DNA of 33,032 nucleotides. Origin: a virus. Its lineage: Duplodnaviria; Heunggongvirae; Uroviricota; Caudoviricetes. The stretch lies in the IMG/VR virus record IMGVR_UViG_3300032018_000003. One strand, 5' to 3'. The notes beneath the pieces were generated by a model. That model made no database searches and was not told the origin of the DNA. It saw only the letters and a list, made by a program, of their open reading frames with translations. How positions within the stretch are numbered: position 1 is the stretch's first letter; every line of letters starts with the position of its first letter. Made by a program: the position numbers and the translations under genes. Of this stretch, positions 1 to 8,839 are shown one piece after another.

Positions 1-1
1 T

Positions 2-871
2 GCAAATGGGCAAACAACTCCTTTGGTATATATCACATTTCAATTATCTGACACATTATCGCAATATCCGGTTGCAGGGCTTTATATTAGTAGATATATT
101 AATACTACATACGCAACAATAACTGCTGATTATACTGATATAGAGAATAAAGTAGCGTCTTATTTAGTACAGAACGTTTATTACAATGTAGATTTATATT
201 CGAATGGAGTATTAGCGAAAAATTTAGGGCAATATGATGCTGATGTAACTGGTACGAAGATATTGACTTTGTTTGGTATTACTATTACTCCATACGTAAC
301 TGGAATTAATACACCACACGTATTTTTTCAAGCATCAAACGCTACCGGGTTATTGATTATAAACGGAACTTTTATTGACCCTAGTAATACTACAACATCA
401 ATAAGATTTGAATTGTATAATGGGACAATAAAAAATTCGACGTTTTTAATCAATTCACAAGTAATAAATGCAGCAACCGGATTTTTCACATATGATGCAA
501 CAGCATATTTTTATGATGAGATTGATGCAAGATTTTCATATATACAATCAACACAACCAACAATAACACAAACTATTGGTGGTGACGTTGTATGGTATTT
601 AACTGGTATATGGGTATTTCCATTAATGACTTTTATTGGACCATTAGCATTACATATCGCAATAATGATATTATTAATAGTATTAACATTATACGCAACA
701 ACAGGAAATGTTGCAGAAATATCTATGGTGGCTTCGTTTTTAGGATTGGTGTTTACTATTATGGGTTGGTTGGATACACGATTAATGCCAGTAATGGCAG
801 TTTTATGTATAATGAATGGTATTAGTATATTTAAAAAAGGAAATAAACGCGCGGATGTGATGGGACAATGA
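2..871 (+). CDS. 5'-truncated membrane-anchored protein, probable virion/envelope component
   Basis: Frame is open from base 2, so the gene likely starts upstream of the window. N/T/Y-rich ectodomain with sequons (NTT, NAT, NGT, NST) followed by about three C-terminal hydrophobic segments. Confidence 0.6.
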   Translation, partial: ANGQTTPLVYITFQLSDTLSQYPVAGLYISRYINTTYATITADYTDIENKVASYLVQNVYYNVDLYSNGVLAKNLGQYDADVTGTKILTLFGITITPYVTGINTPHVFFQASNATGLLIINGTFIDPSNTTTSIRFELYNGTIKNSTFLINSQVINAATGFFTYDATAYFYDEIDARFSYIQSTQPTITQTIGGDVVWYLTGIWVFPLMTFIGPLALHIAIMILLIVLTLYATTGNVAEISMVASFLGLVFTIMGWLDTRLMPVMAVLCIMNGISIFKKGNKRADVMGQ

Positions 872-1485
872 GAATACCTTTTCAATTATTTTTATGGACA
901 ATGGGAGTTAATTTAATGTTTGGATTAACTATAGCAACTTTCCCTGGATTTACTGGTGCGATAATAGGTTCTGAACCAACTGGGCTTTTACAATCGCCTG
1001 TTGGACAATACGCAGATACGAGCGTATTTAGTAAAGGTAGTAGTACAACAATAGGTGATGGGTCAGGAGTTAGTTGGCACAATGACCCAAGTGTGGGATA
1101 CGCATCTGCTAACCCCATTTCGTATACATTATCAACAATAGAAGCACAGAATTTAAACGTATCACAATCATCTACTGGAAGCGGATACGTATCAAGCGGA
1201 AGCGCTGGTGGGGGATTATTTAATTCCGTGTTTGATTTAAATAATGTTTTCTTGATTGCAAAAATGGCGAATTTTATATTTACGACATTGTATGGGATAC
1301 CAATTTTAATACAAGGTATTTTTGGCACATATTTAGGGAATGCAGGAGTATCAGTTGGGTCTTTTGCAGGAATAGTTTTATGGTCTCCTATAGAAGCAAT
1401 ATTAATAATTTTATGCACAGTATCATACGCATTAGGTATAGCATGGTTCTGGACAGGTAGAAACGTAGTGAGGGAGAGTCTTTAA
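868..1485 (+). CDS. Membrane protein with S/G-rich loop, probable structural protein
   Basis: ATGA overlap with the upstream gene; N-terminal hydrophobic segment and C-terminal TM segments. Confidence 0.6.
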   Translation: MRIPFQLFLWTMGVNLMFGLTIATFPGFTGAIIGSEPTGLLQSPVGQYADTSVFSKGSSTTIGDGSGVSWHNDPSVGYASANPISYTLSTIEAQNLNVSQSSTGSGYVSSGSAGGGLFNSVFDLNNVFLIAKMANFIFTTLYGIPILIQGIFGTYLGNAGVSVGSFAGIVLWSPIEAILIILCTVSYALGIAWFWTGRNVVRESL

Positions 1486-1486
1486 A

Positions 1487-1783
1487 ATGGTAACTGATAC
1501 AACTGCAGCATATACATTATTATTGAATGGTAGTATATTCCCAGCAGTAAATTCATATTATAACACCATCTTAAATGGTTATTTTTGGGGTAGTATATTA
1601 ATAGTTATCTTAATGGTACTGTTTATTAAAACAAAATCTCCGATTACATTATTTACTGCAGCAACTATAGGTTCAACAATATTATATTTAACTGGATTAT
1701 CTAACAGAGGAACAATGGGAATATTATTATTAATGATAGTATTCTCTGGCGGTTCAATGTTTTATACTTGGTTAGCTAAATAA
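1487..1783 (+). CDS. Small three-TM membrane protein
   Basis: 98 aa, mostly hydrophobic, starts 1 nt after the upstream stop. Confidence 0.65.
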   Translation: MVTDTTAAYTLLLNGSIFPAVNSYYNTILNGYFWGSILIVILMVLFIKTKSPITLFTAATIGSTILYLTGLSNRGTMGILLLMIVFSGGSMFYTWLAK

Positions 1784-1798
1784 AAGAGGTATACAAAT

Positions 1799-2155
1799 AT
1801 GGCAATACAAAATAGTACAATGAATACACAACAAATGTGGAAACAAAACAAATCCCCACAAGAGAATGCGCAACAACAAAGTCTTACTAAAAATGGTATG
1901 AGAAATGTTCAACAACATACTGGTGAAGAGTCATTGACCCAGCCATCAGTAAGACAGACGACAGAAATGAATATATTTCCACAAGGTAATGCTAAACAAA
2001 ATTCAGTATTATATTTTAATAAAGTTAAAGAAATTGATAAAATACAAACAATGCGAAACTTAATCGGCGGTTCAAAGAATATAAAGCAATATAAAGATGT
2101 CCCACAGAAAAAAGTTGAGAATACACTTAAAAAAATAATGGGAGGAAAAGTATAA
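1799..2155 (+). CDS. N/Q/K-rich low-complexity protein with IxGG motifs
   Basis: SD GAGGT upstream; contains MRNLIGGSK and C-terminal LKKIMGGKV. Confidence 0.7.
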   Translation: MAIQNSTMNTQQMWKQNKSPQENAQQQSLTKNGMRNVQQHTGEESLTQPSVRQTTEMNIFPQGNAKQNSVLYFNKVKEIDKIQTMRNLIGGSKNIKQYKDVPQKKVENTLKKIMGGKV

Positions 2156-2541
2156 TGGTAATTGTACCAGGACAAGAAGGAGAGTTTGTTGAAGAAAATA
2201 ATAATCAAACAAACGGATTTAAACCTCCGAAATTAAATAGACCTTTAAACGAGTGTGGGTTTTTAAAAAATAAAGCTAATGAAATGCAGAATAAGATATT
2301 GTATTCATACAATAAAAATGAAATTGATGAAAATAAAATGACTGATATGCGTAGTAAAATAATTGGCGGTAATAAACCACAAGTTTTTAATAATATACAA
2401 AGAGAAGCCAAACCACCATTTTCGCCAGCAAGTTTTTTGGGTGGGAACAAACAGAATATTATTATTAATACTGCAAACAGAACATCGCTTAATAATGATC
2501 AGATAGTAAAGAATAAAGTAAAAGATATATTAGGAATATAA
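2155..2541 (+). CDS. N/K-rich low-complexity protein with IxGG motifs
   Basis: TAATG coupling to the upstream gene; contains MRSKIIGGNK, SFLGGNK, KDILGI. Confidence 0.7.
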   Translation: MVIVPGQEGEFVEENNNQTNGFKPPKLNRPLNECGFLKNKANEMQNKILYSYNKNEIDENKMTDMRSKIIGGNKPQVFNNIQREAKPPFSPASFLGGNKQNIIINTANRTSLNNDQIVKNKVKDILGI

Positions 2542-2546
2542 GGACT

Positions 2547-2565
2547 AAACAAATATATATATAAA
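2547..2565 (+). promoter_or_regulatory. Archaeal-type BRE+TATA promoter
   Basis: AAACAAATATATATATAAA, identical to 4600..4618; intergenic. Confidence 0.65.
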
Positions 2566-2619
2566 GATACAATAATATATTATATTTGTTAGTTAATACT
2601 ATAATAAAAGGTGACTAAG

Positions 2620-4320
2620 ATGACTATGAATTTTAATAGTTTTGATGTAAAAAATAAGATTAATAGTATTATAGGTGGTAGTTCTTTAACAAAACCACAT
2701 GTAAACTCTAATATAGGAAACGATATTGTTAGTAAAATTATGGGAAAAAATAAAAGTGTTGATACGAATAGTAAAATTCTTGGTAAATCTATGCTTAGTT
2801 CACTTAATAAGACATCTTCTGTTGGTAATTCTGTAGTACATAATATTATGGGTGGTACTAGTACTAAGAAAAATATATCGTTTGGTGGAATCCAAAACAA
2901 TCCTATTAAACATATCCTAGGTAAAGATGTAAATAGAAATAACATATTTAATAAAACTGTATCTAATAATACTACTACTAAAAATATATATAAGATGGGT
3001 GTTTGGGACAACCCCGAGAAAATCGCAACCAATCGTATTGCGGTACAACGGATGATCCCTAGAAGCCAAATGTTTAAAGATAAAGATAAAGATGGGTTTC
3101 TTAATGTAATGGATTGTCAACCTTGGAATAAAAGAAAACAAGGGCCATCAGAAAATGCTATTACTGATCAACTTACTGGGCAGAAGAAATTAGAAACTTA
3201 CGAAGTAGCTAAAATTGAACCCTTAGAAGTACCATCTATTAATAAAGAAAACGCAAACGCTTACAGAGAACAACAAGAAAGTACTGGAGAAGATTACAGA
3301 GGTAATAAAACAAAAGTTTCTGGAAAAGAACCGGATTATATTCCTGTCGATAAAATACAACCTCAAGAAACATATACTAAAACAGCAATGGGTAGATTTA
3401 AACAAGTTGCAGGAAAAATATTTAATGCCCCAGCAAAGTTTGTTGATAGAGTTAGTACACCAAAAGAACAAACGGAAGAAGAAAAATTAAAACAAAAAGA
3501 ATTTAACGATATAAGAAAAGAAGCTAGAGAATTATATGCTAAAGATTTAGGTAATTTAGATGCTTATCAAAGATCACAACGACTTATACAAGAAAAAAAA
3601 CGTATTAAATTAGAAATAAATGACCAAATAAAAGCTAGAAAAAATCCGGTTGGTTATGGTATTGGTAAACTAGGCGAAGGACTAAAAGGATTTGCACAAG
3701 GTACTAGTGGTATTGCGTCGTATGATCAGTTTGGTAGACAAACACAAACACCTGCAAGTGGTTTATTTGCCGTTAATTCGCAACGTTCTCATACAGCCAA
3801 TATGATGGGTATATCAGGTTGGAGTTCGCCTCAATCGAAATCTGGTATGTTGGGTGGTACACAATCCGCAGGAACTAACGTCGAATATACTAAACAAATG
3901 ATGTCATTAGGTAATACAGGTTCATCTTATGTTAAACAATCCGAATCAATGCCGTTTGATGTTAAGATGGCGTTGTATACTGGGAATAAACAGAAAGCTG
4001 AAATGTTAATGGCGCAACGAAGAAGTACATTTACTCCGGCACAACCGGAAGTACAACAACCTAAACAGGTAGTACAAGCTGCGCCAAGACAGATAGTAGT
4101 GCAACAAGAACAACCACAAGTTATTGTTAGACAACAACCAGTTGTAGTGCGTGACCCTTACGATTCAAATAGAACTGCTGTAGTACAAGGACAACAGTAT
4201 AGTCCTTTAAGTAGAAGATACGTTAGATATCCTAGAGGACCATATAGACAAAAGAATTATAGTGCTGCAGACCCAAATCAAACAAGTACTTCTTTATTGG
4301 CGCCAACATCGTATGAATAA
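2620..4320 (+). CDS. Large disordered protein, putative virion core/scaffold, with IxG(G/K) repeats and one DxDxDG Ca-binding-like motif
   Basis: ATG at 2620 follows AAGGTGA (the ORF track's GTG at 2611 overlaps this SD). Six IxG(G/K)-like motifs near the N-terminus, DKDKDGFLNVMDCQPWN motif, Q/V-rich C-terminus. Confidence 0.7.
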   Translation: MTMNFNSFDVKNKINSIIGGSSLTKPHVNSNIGNDIVSKIMGKNKSVDTNSKILGKSMLSSLNKTSSVGNSVVHNIMGGTSTKKNISFGGIQNNPIKHILGKDVNRNNIFNKTVSNNTTTKNIYKMGVWDNPEKIATNRIAVQRMIPRSQMFKDKDKDGFLNVMDCQPWNKRKQGPSENAITDQLTGQKKLETYEVAKIEPLEVPSINKENANAYREQQESTGEDYRGNKTKVSGKEPDYIPVDKIQPQETYTKTAMGRFKQVAGKIFNAPAKFVDRVSTPKEQTEEEKLKQKEFNDIRKEARELYAKDLGNLDAYQRSQRLIQEKKRIKLEINDQIKARKNPVGYGIGKLGEGLKGFAQGTSGIASYDQFGRQTQTPASGLFAVNSQRSHTANMMGISGWSSPQSKSGMLGGTQSAGTNVEYTKQMMSLGNTGSSYVKQSESMPFDVKMALYTGNKQKAEMLMAQRRSTFTPAQPEVQQPKQVVQAAPRQIVVQQEQPQVIVRQQPVVVRDPYDSNRTAVVQGQQYSPLSRRYVRYPRGPYRQKNYSAADPNQTSTSLLAPTSYE

Positions 4321-4339
4321 AAAGTGGGTTTAATTATAT

Positions 4340-4570
4340 ATGGTAAGACGGACAGTTGTCACAACAAACAACAAAGAAATATACGATAAATTGATTTCTC
4401 TTAATTTTAAGAACGAAACGTTCTTTTCTAATTTTAAATATGGCGCACAGATAGGTAGAATACTTAAAAATATTAATAGTACTCCAGGAACGTTAGATGT
4501 ACAAAAAATTAATAATGGTATTCTTGTCAAGAAAATAAAACCTATTAATTATGACGTTTATCTAAAATAG
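4340..4570 (+). CDS. Hypothetical protein (76 aa)
   Basis: ATG ORF in the same orientation filling the intergenic space. Confidence 0.55.
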   Translation: MVRRTVVTTNNKEIYDKLISLNFKNETFFSNFKYGAQIGRILKNINSTPGTLDVQKINNGILVKKIKPINYDVYLK

Positions 4571-4599
4571 TCTATTTTAACGATTATACGTCGCAAAAT

Positions 4600-4618
4600 A
4601 AACAAATATATATATAAA
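4600..4618 (+). promoter_or_regulatory. BRE+TATA promoter of the putative major capsid gene
   Basis: AAACAAATATATATATAAA upstream of 4697. Confidence 0.65.
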
Positions 4619-4696
4619 TCTAAATGAACACCATTATATTATGAGTTGATATAATGTATCGATTCAGAGAAAACACAACAAGGAGGTTGATGTCAA

Positions 4697-4921
4697 ATGT
4701 TTATGGAAATAGCAATTGGAGCTATTGGTATTGGAATTGTACTAATGGTAGGATATTTAGTAATCGCACAAGTAAGAGCAGCTTTACCAACATCAGGATT
4801 AAATGAATCTGTTACTGCCGGTATGAATAGTACTCAAGCAACAGTATTCGCAGGATTCGGATTAGTAGCAGTTGGAATAATCGTTCTAGCAGCTTTCGGA
4901 TTGATAAATATTTTCAAGTAA
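4697..4921 (+). CDS. Putative major capsid protein, spindle-shaped-virus-like hydrophobic helical hairpin
   Basis: 74 aa with two hydrophobic helices joined by a polar loop carrying sequons NES and NST. IGIVLMVGYLVIAQV resembles fusellovirus VP1 IGIVLLPVIVSQV. Own promoter, strong GGAGG SD and own terminator. Confidence 0.5.
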   Translation: MFMEIAIGAIGIGIVLMVGYLVIAQVRAALPTSGLNESVTAGMNSTQATVFAGFGLVAVGIIVLAAFGLINIFK

Positions 4922-4934
4922 GTAATTACTTGAA

Positions 4935-4961
4935 TTTTTTTTTTATTTTAGATTATTTTTT
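4935..4961 (+). terminator. Oligo-T terminator
   Basis: T10 run plus further T tracts just after the 4697..4921 stop. Confidence 0.6.
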
Positions 4962-4974
4962 AGAATACTTCTTA

Positions 4975-4993
4975 GAAACAAAAACTATATAAA
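4975..4993 (+). promoter_or_regulatory. BRE+TATA promoter of the glycosylation cassette (probably leaderless mRNA)
   Basis: GAAACAAAAACTATATAAA; ATG lies about 22 nt downstream with no SD. Confidence 0.6.
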
Positions 4994-5014
4994 CCCATTT
5001 AACTTAACAAACAT

Positions 5015-5389
5015 ATGTTTAAATTAGTGGGCAAATATTTAACATCATCTACTATAGCAACACTTATCGATTGGTTAATATTTTATATATTATCTACATG
5101 TACTGGATTATTATATATAATAAGTTATATAATATCTTTTGGTACAGGGTTTATTGTTAAATTTATACTAAACAAAGAATTTACATTTGTAATAAAAGAA
5201 TATAATAAGAAAATGTTTCTTTCGTATTGTTTAGTTAATGTGGGTACATTTATATTGGGCGCAATATTAATGTGGTTGTTTGTTGATGTTATACACCTTG
5301 TTAGTTTTACTGGTAGAGTATGGACAACTATAATAGTATTTATATATAATTTTCTAATGGATAAAAAATTTGTGTTTGTGAAAAAATGA
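5015..5389 (+). CDS. gtrA: GtrA-family lipid-phosphate-sugar flippase
   Basis: 124 aa, four TM segments, typical termini KYLTSSTIATLIDW...FILNKEFTF...NFLMDKKFVF. Confidence 0.85.
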   Translation: MFKLVGKYLTSSTIATLIDWLIFYILSTCTGLLYIISYIISFGTGFIVKFILNKEFTFVIKEYNKKMFLSYCLVNVGTFILGAILMWLFVDVIHLVSFTGRVWTTIIVFIYNFLMDKKFVFVKK

Positions 5390-5760
5390 AAAAACTTGAT
5401 AAACTAGGAAGAACATACAAAGGACATTCAAGAGCAATGTTTGAACGATATTGTGTTGTATGTAATACTTTTTTTAGAACAAGAGTGCAACGAAAACTAA
5501 CTTGTACAGTCCCGTGTTCAAATAAAAGAAAAGTAAATTCTATAAAAAGAAAACGTACAGAATATTATAAAACGTTTGTTGAACTTCGCAATAGAGGAAG
5601 ACTTTTATTAGACACTATGTTAAAACAAAAATATAAACATTTATACGAGGTAGTAAAAGAACGTCCTTCAGGAAGAATGTATATTAATAATAAAACATTA
5701 ACTGAATGGAAAGAACATTTAGATATGTTTGAAAAGGAGTTGCAAAATGAAAATTCCTGA
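5386..5760 (+). CDS. Basic zinc-finger protein
   Basis: CVVC...CTVPC motif; ATGA overlap with gtrA. Confidence 0.55.
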   Translation: MKKLDKLGRTYKGHSRAMFERYCVVCNTFFRTRVQRKLTCTVPCSNKRKVNSIKRKRTEYYKTFVELRNRGRLLLDTMLKQKYKHLYEVVKERPSGRMYINNKTLTEWKEHLDMFEKELQNENS

Positions 5761-6460
5761 ACTATCTATAGTGATCCCGTGTTATAATGAAGAAAAGAGA
5801 TTGGATAAAAACTTTTATGTTATTTATAATTACTGTCTAAAAAATATTAAAAAGTTTGAAATAATTCTTGTAGATGATGGTTCTACGGACAGCACACCAT
5901 TTATGATGATGAAACATCATGATAAAAATATAAAATTTATTACATATACAAAAAATATGGGTAAAGGATATGCCGTTAAACAAGGTATAATGAGAGCACA
6001 ATATAAACACGTTTTGTTTATGGATATAGATAGTGCAACACCAATAAATGAAATAGAAAAACTATATCCATATGTAAATAAATATAATGTTGTTATTGGT
6101 AGTAGAGAAATTGAAGATAGTAATATTATTGTACAACAACCTATCAGTAGAAAAGTTATGGGTTGGGTATTTAGAAAAATGTATTATATTATATTAGGAT
6201 TAAAAATTAGAGATACTCAAAATGGATTTAAGTTGTTTGAAACATCGACTGCGCAATTCTTATTTAGCCAATTAACTACTAACAGATGGGCATTTGATAT
6301 AGAGATATTATACTTATATATACATAGAGTTTTTCCTAGTTGTAAAATAAAAGAAGTTGGTATTACATGGATTAATGATAAAGACTCACGTGTCAATCCA
6401 ATAAAAGACGGAATACAAATGTTTATTGCATTATTACAGATAAGGTTTAGACATGGATAA
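5747..6460 (+). CDS. GT2 dolichyl/polyprenyl-phosphate glucosyltransferase (ALG5/AglJ-like)
   Basis: SIVIPCYNEEKRL, VDDGSTD, NMGKGYAV, DxD (DID), DTQNGFKLF, WAFDIEIL motifs. ATG at 5747 follows AAGGAG. Confidence 0.85.
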   Translation: MKIPELSIVIPCYNEEKRLDKNFYVIYNYCLKNIKKFEIILVDDGSTDSTPFMMMKHHDKNIKFITYTKNMGKGYAVKQGIMRAQYKHVLFMDIDSATPINEIEKLYPYVNKYNVVIGSREIEDSNIIVQQPISRKVMGWVFRKMYYIILGLKIRDTQNGFKLFETSTAQFLFSQLTTNRWAFDIEILYLYIHRVFPSCKIKEVGITWINDKDSRVNPIKDGIQMFIALLQIRFRHG

Positions 6461-7631
6461 TAAATTTATTATTACTTGTGTTATTATATTTATAGTTAGT
6501 ATAGTAGGATTCTTATGTATAAAAAATCAAGATCTTTATAGTGATGAATTACCGCATAGTACACAAATAAAATGGTTTGACGAAGAAAATTATTCGATAG
6601 TACCATATTTAACTGTTATTCCCGGGTATCATTTTGTAATTTCTGCATTCACTATACATTTTAAACAAGATACCATACAATTAATACGGTTTACATCGTT
6701 AATTTTATTAATTGGATTGTTGATACCATTATTTTTTAGGTTATCGTTAGACAATAGTATTAAAACATTACAATTATATTTTTTTCCTACATTATTTATA
6801 TTCTTTTTTCTTATTTATACAGACATTTTTAGTGCAATATTAGTTTTATTATCGTATTATTATTTTAAACAGAACAAATATTACATAAGTGGGTTGTTTG
6901 TTTTATTATCGGTATTAGTAAGACAAAACAATGTCGTGTGGTGTGGTTTTTATATATTACTTTTAATTTTAGATTTCAAATTAAAAAATAATTTTGAAAA
7001 TAATTTAAAAATATTTAAAAAAACAATAGTTTATATTATAGGAATTTTGTTTACTGGAGTGTTTATGTTACTAAACCACGGTGGTGTAATAGGAGATAAA
7101 GGAAGTCACCCATTAGCAATACATACAGCAAACATATGGTTTTTATTATTTATGATACCAATATTATTCTTACCGATTTTTTTAGCACGTTTACCAAAAA
7201 TTATAGAATTATTAAAGAACTGGAAGATATGGTTTTTATGTATAGGAATTATGATTTTAGGACTTGGAACTTTTATTAACGATCATATATATAATCAAAA
7301 CACGGTGTTCCTAAAAAATAAATTCTTGGTTTGGGGTACTAGTAATGCTATGAATGAGATAGCTTTTTTTATTATTGTTATTGGTGGATTATTGTTCTTA
7401 ATGACATATAAATGGAATAAAGAACAGATTGTGTTTGGAATATGTACGATACCATATTTGTTAATGAGTTGGATGGTGGATGTAAGATATTATACAATAT
7501 TTTTTATATTTTTTATACTATGGCGACAACAAGAAGATAAACCTATTTTTGAATGGTATCAGTTAATATATTGTATTTTGTTTGCGTTAATAATGTTTTG
7601 GGGAGTATTACAATGGAAGATATTTTGGTAA
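6453..7631 (+). CDS. ALG10/DIE2-like GT-C alpha-glucosyltransferase
   Basis: Multi-TM protein with YSDELPH, TVIPG, FPTLFIFFFLIYTD, RQNNVVW, GGVIGDKGSH, VRYY and terminal FW, colinear with remembered ALG10 motifs (YMDEIFH, TTLPG, FPTLYFFNFLYYTE, RQTNIIW, GGIVIGDRSSH, FRYF, FMW). Confidence 0.8.
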   Translation: MDNKFIITCVIIFIVSIVGFLCIKNQDLYSDELPHSTQIKWFDEENYSIVPYLTVIPGYHFVISAFTIHFKQDTIQLIRFTSLILLIGLLIPLFFRLSLDNSIKTLQLYFFPTLFIFFFLIYTDIFSAILVLLSYYYFKQNKYYISGLFVLLSVLVRQNNVVWCGFYILLLILDFKLKNNFENNLKIFKKTIVYIIGILFTGVFMLLNHGGVIGDKGSHPLAIHTANIWFLLFMIPILFLPIFLARLPKIIELLKNWKIWFLCIGIMILGLGTFINDHIYNQNTVFLKNKFLVWGTSNAMNEIAFFIIVIGGLLFLMTYKWNKEQIVFGICTIPYLLMSWMVDVRYYTIFFIFFILWRQQEDKPIFEWYQLIYCILFALIMFWGVLQWKIFW

Positions 7632-7633
7632 TA

Positions 7634-7650
7634 TACACAAACTATATAAA
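7634..7650 (+). promoter_or_regulatory. BRE+TATA promoter
   Basis: TACACAAACTATATAAA immediately after the ALG10-like stop. Confidence 0.55.
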
Positions 7651-7686
7651 TAACATACACAATACTAATTGTGTGAGGCATAGATT

Positions 7687-8019
7687 ATGTTAATAGAATT
7701 ATATATCTTGTTTGAGATTGCGATGTTAGTATGTTTTACATTTGCTTATTTTACTAAACAAGAATTGTTGTGGTCAATAACTGTGGTATTAGCAGGAGTT
7801 TTAATGTTTTCTAGTCATGCAATAGAATATCATATTGTAGTAGATAACGATGTAGTTGTTAAGATATACGATTTGATGTATATGGTAAGTATAAATTTTC
7901 TATTTATGTTATTAGCAACAATATTGTTTTTGTTCGATTTGTTTGAGAAATATGGTATAGAACTAATGTGTAAATTTTTTAAGAAAAAAGATGGAATAAA
8001 TAACAAAGTATATAAGTAA
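7687..8019 (+). CDS. Small three-TM membrane protein, paralog of 11881..12192
   Basis: MLIELYILFEI...KQELLWSITVVLA aligns with MIIELFIFFEI...RKELLWALTLVLS. Confidence 0.7.
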   Translation: MLIELYILFEIAMLVCFTFAYFTKQELLWSITVVLAGVLMFSSHAIEYHIVVDNDVVVKIYDLMYMVSINFLFMLLATILFLFDLFEKYGIELMCKFFKKKDGINNKVYK

Positions 8020-8077
8020 GTTATACTATATAATATATAATATAAGGAAATAGTTAGTGGGCAAGTAAGGAATAAAC

Positions 8078-8746
8078 ATGGAATCGTTTGAACAATTCAT
8101 TAAAAATCAAGAAAATGAAGAGAATTCTCAAAAAAGAGTAATAGATCACATTAAACCACCAAATTTTCAAGAAGTGTTTAATGGCAACAACCAACAAGTA
8201 AGATATCCTGCACAACAGATGGGTGGACAACCCCAACAACAATATCCTGTTCAGCAATCTCAACAACGTTCTCTACAACAAATGCAGGATCCGTTCCAGA
8301 TGGCAGCTTACCAGAATGTTAATGTTCCGAACACCCCAATAAGTTATGGTGGGGGAATGGCGGATTCTTTACTAAACAATAGTGAGATACCACAAGAAAT
8401 AATGGAGAAGTATTGGGCGTTTGTGCATAAGGACAATGTTCTTTCGTTCCAGGATGTAATAACCAAAAATGAAAAACTTATTAATTTCGATATTGTTAAA
8501 GTAGATTTACTTACCAATACACCATATTACGATTATGATTTTAAGATGGAACTTGAGTTTAATACTATGCGACACGTATTAGATACTAAATTAGATAGAG
8601 CCAAAGGATTCAGTACTGGCGGTAAACCATTAAACGAACGTATAATTTTACAATCACAGTTTTCTGAAAATAGAAATATTAATGAGAACAACGATTCTGA
8701 TATAAAAACGGGCTTTTTCAAAAGATTGTTAGGGCGCAAAAATTAG
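8078..8746 (+). CDS. Hypothetical protein with Q-rich disordered N-terminus
   Basis: 222 aa; QQ/PQ-rich first half and globular-looking second half. Confidence 0.7.
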   Translation: MESFEQFIKNQENEENSQKRVIDHIKPPNFQEVFNGNNQQVRYPAQQMGGQPQQQYPVQQSQQRSLQQMQDPFQMAAYQNVNVPNTPISYGGGMADSLLNNSEIPQEIMEKYWAFVHKDNVLSFQDVITKNEKLINFDIVKVDLLTNTPYYDYDFKMELEFNTMRHVLDTKLDRAKGFSTGGKPLNERIILQSQFSENRNINENNDSDIKTGFFKRLLGRKN

Positions 8747-8839
8747 TATTGTCTAGTGACAAAATGAAAAAAATAAATAAATGGAATTATTGGAATAAAA
8801 AAAATTAGGATTAAGAAAGTAAATTATGAGGTATAAATT

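Noticed and set aside
511-3471. Minus-strand and alternate-frame ORFs over the + strand genes (511..885, 882..1418, 1909..2208, 2589..3032 and others; similarly 11398..11718, 12613..12909, 18911..19342, 19902..20186)
   Set aside because: Shadow ORFs antisense to well-supported genes with SD or promoter context; no independent signals.
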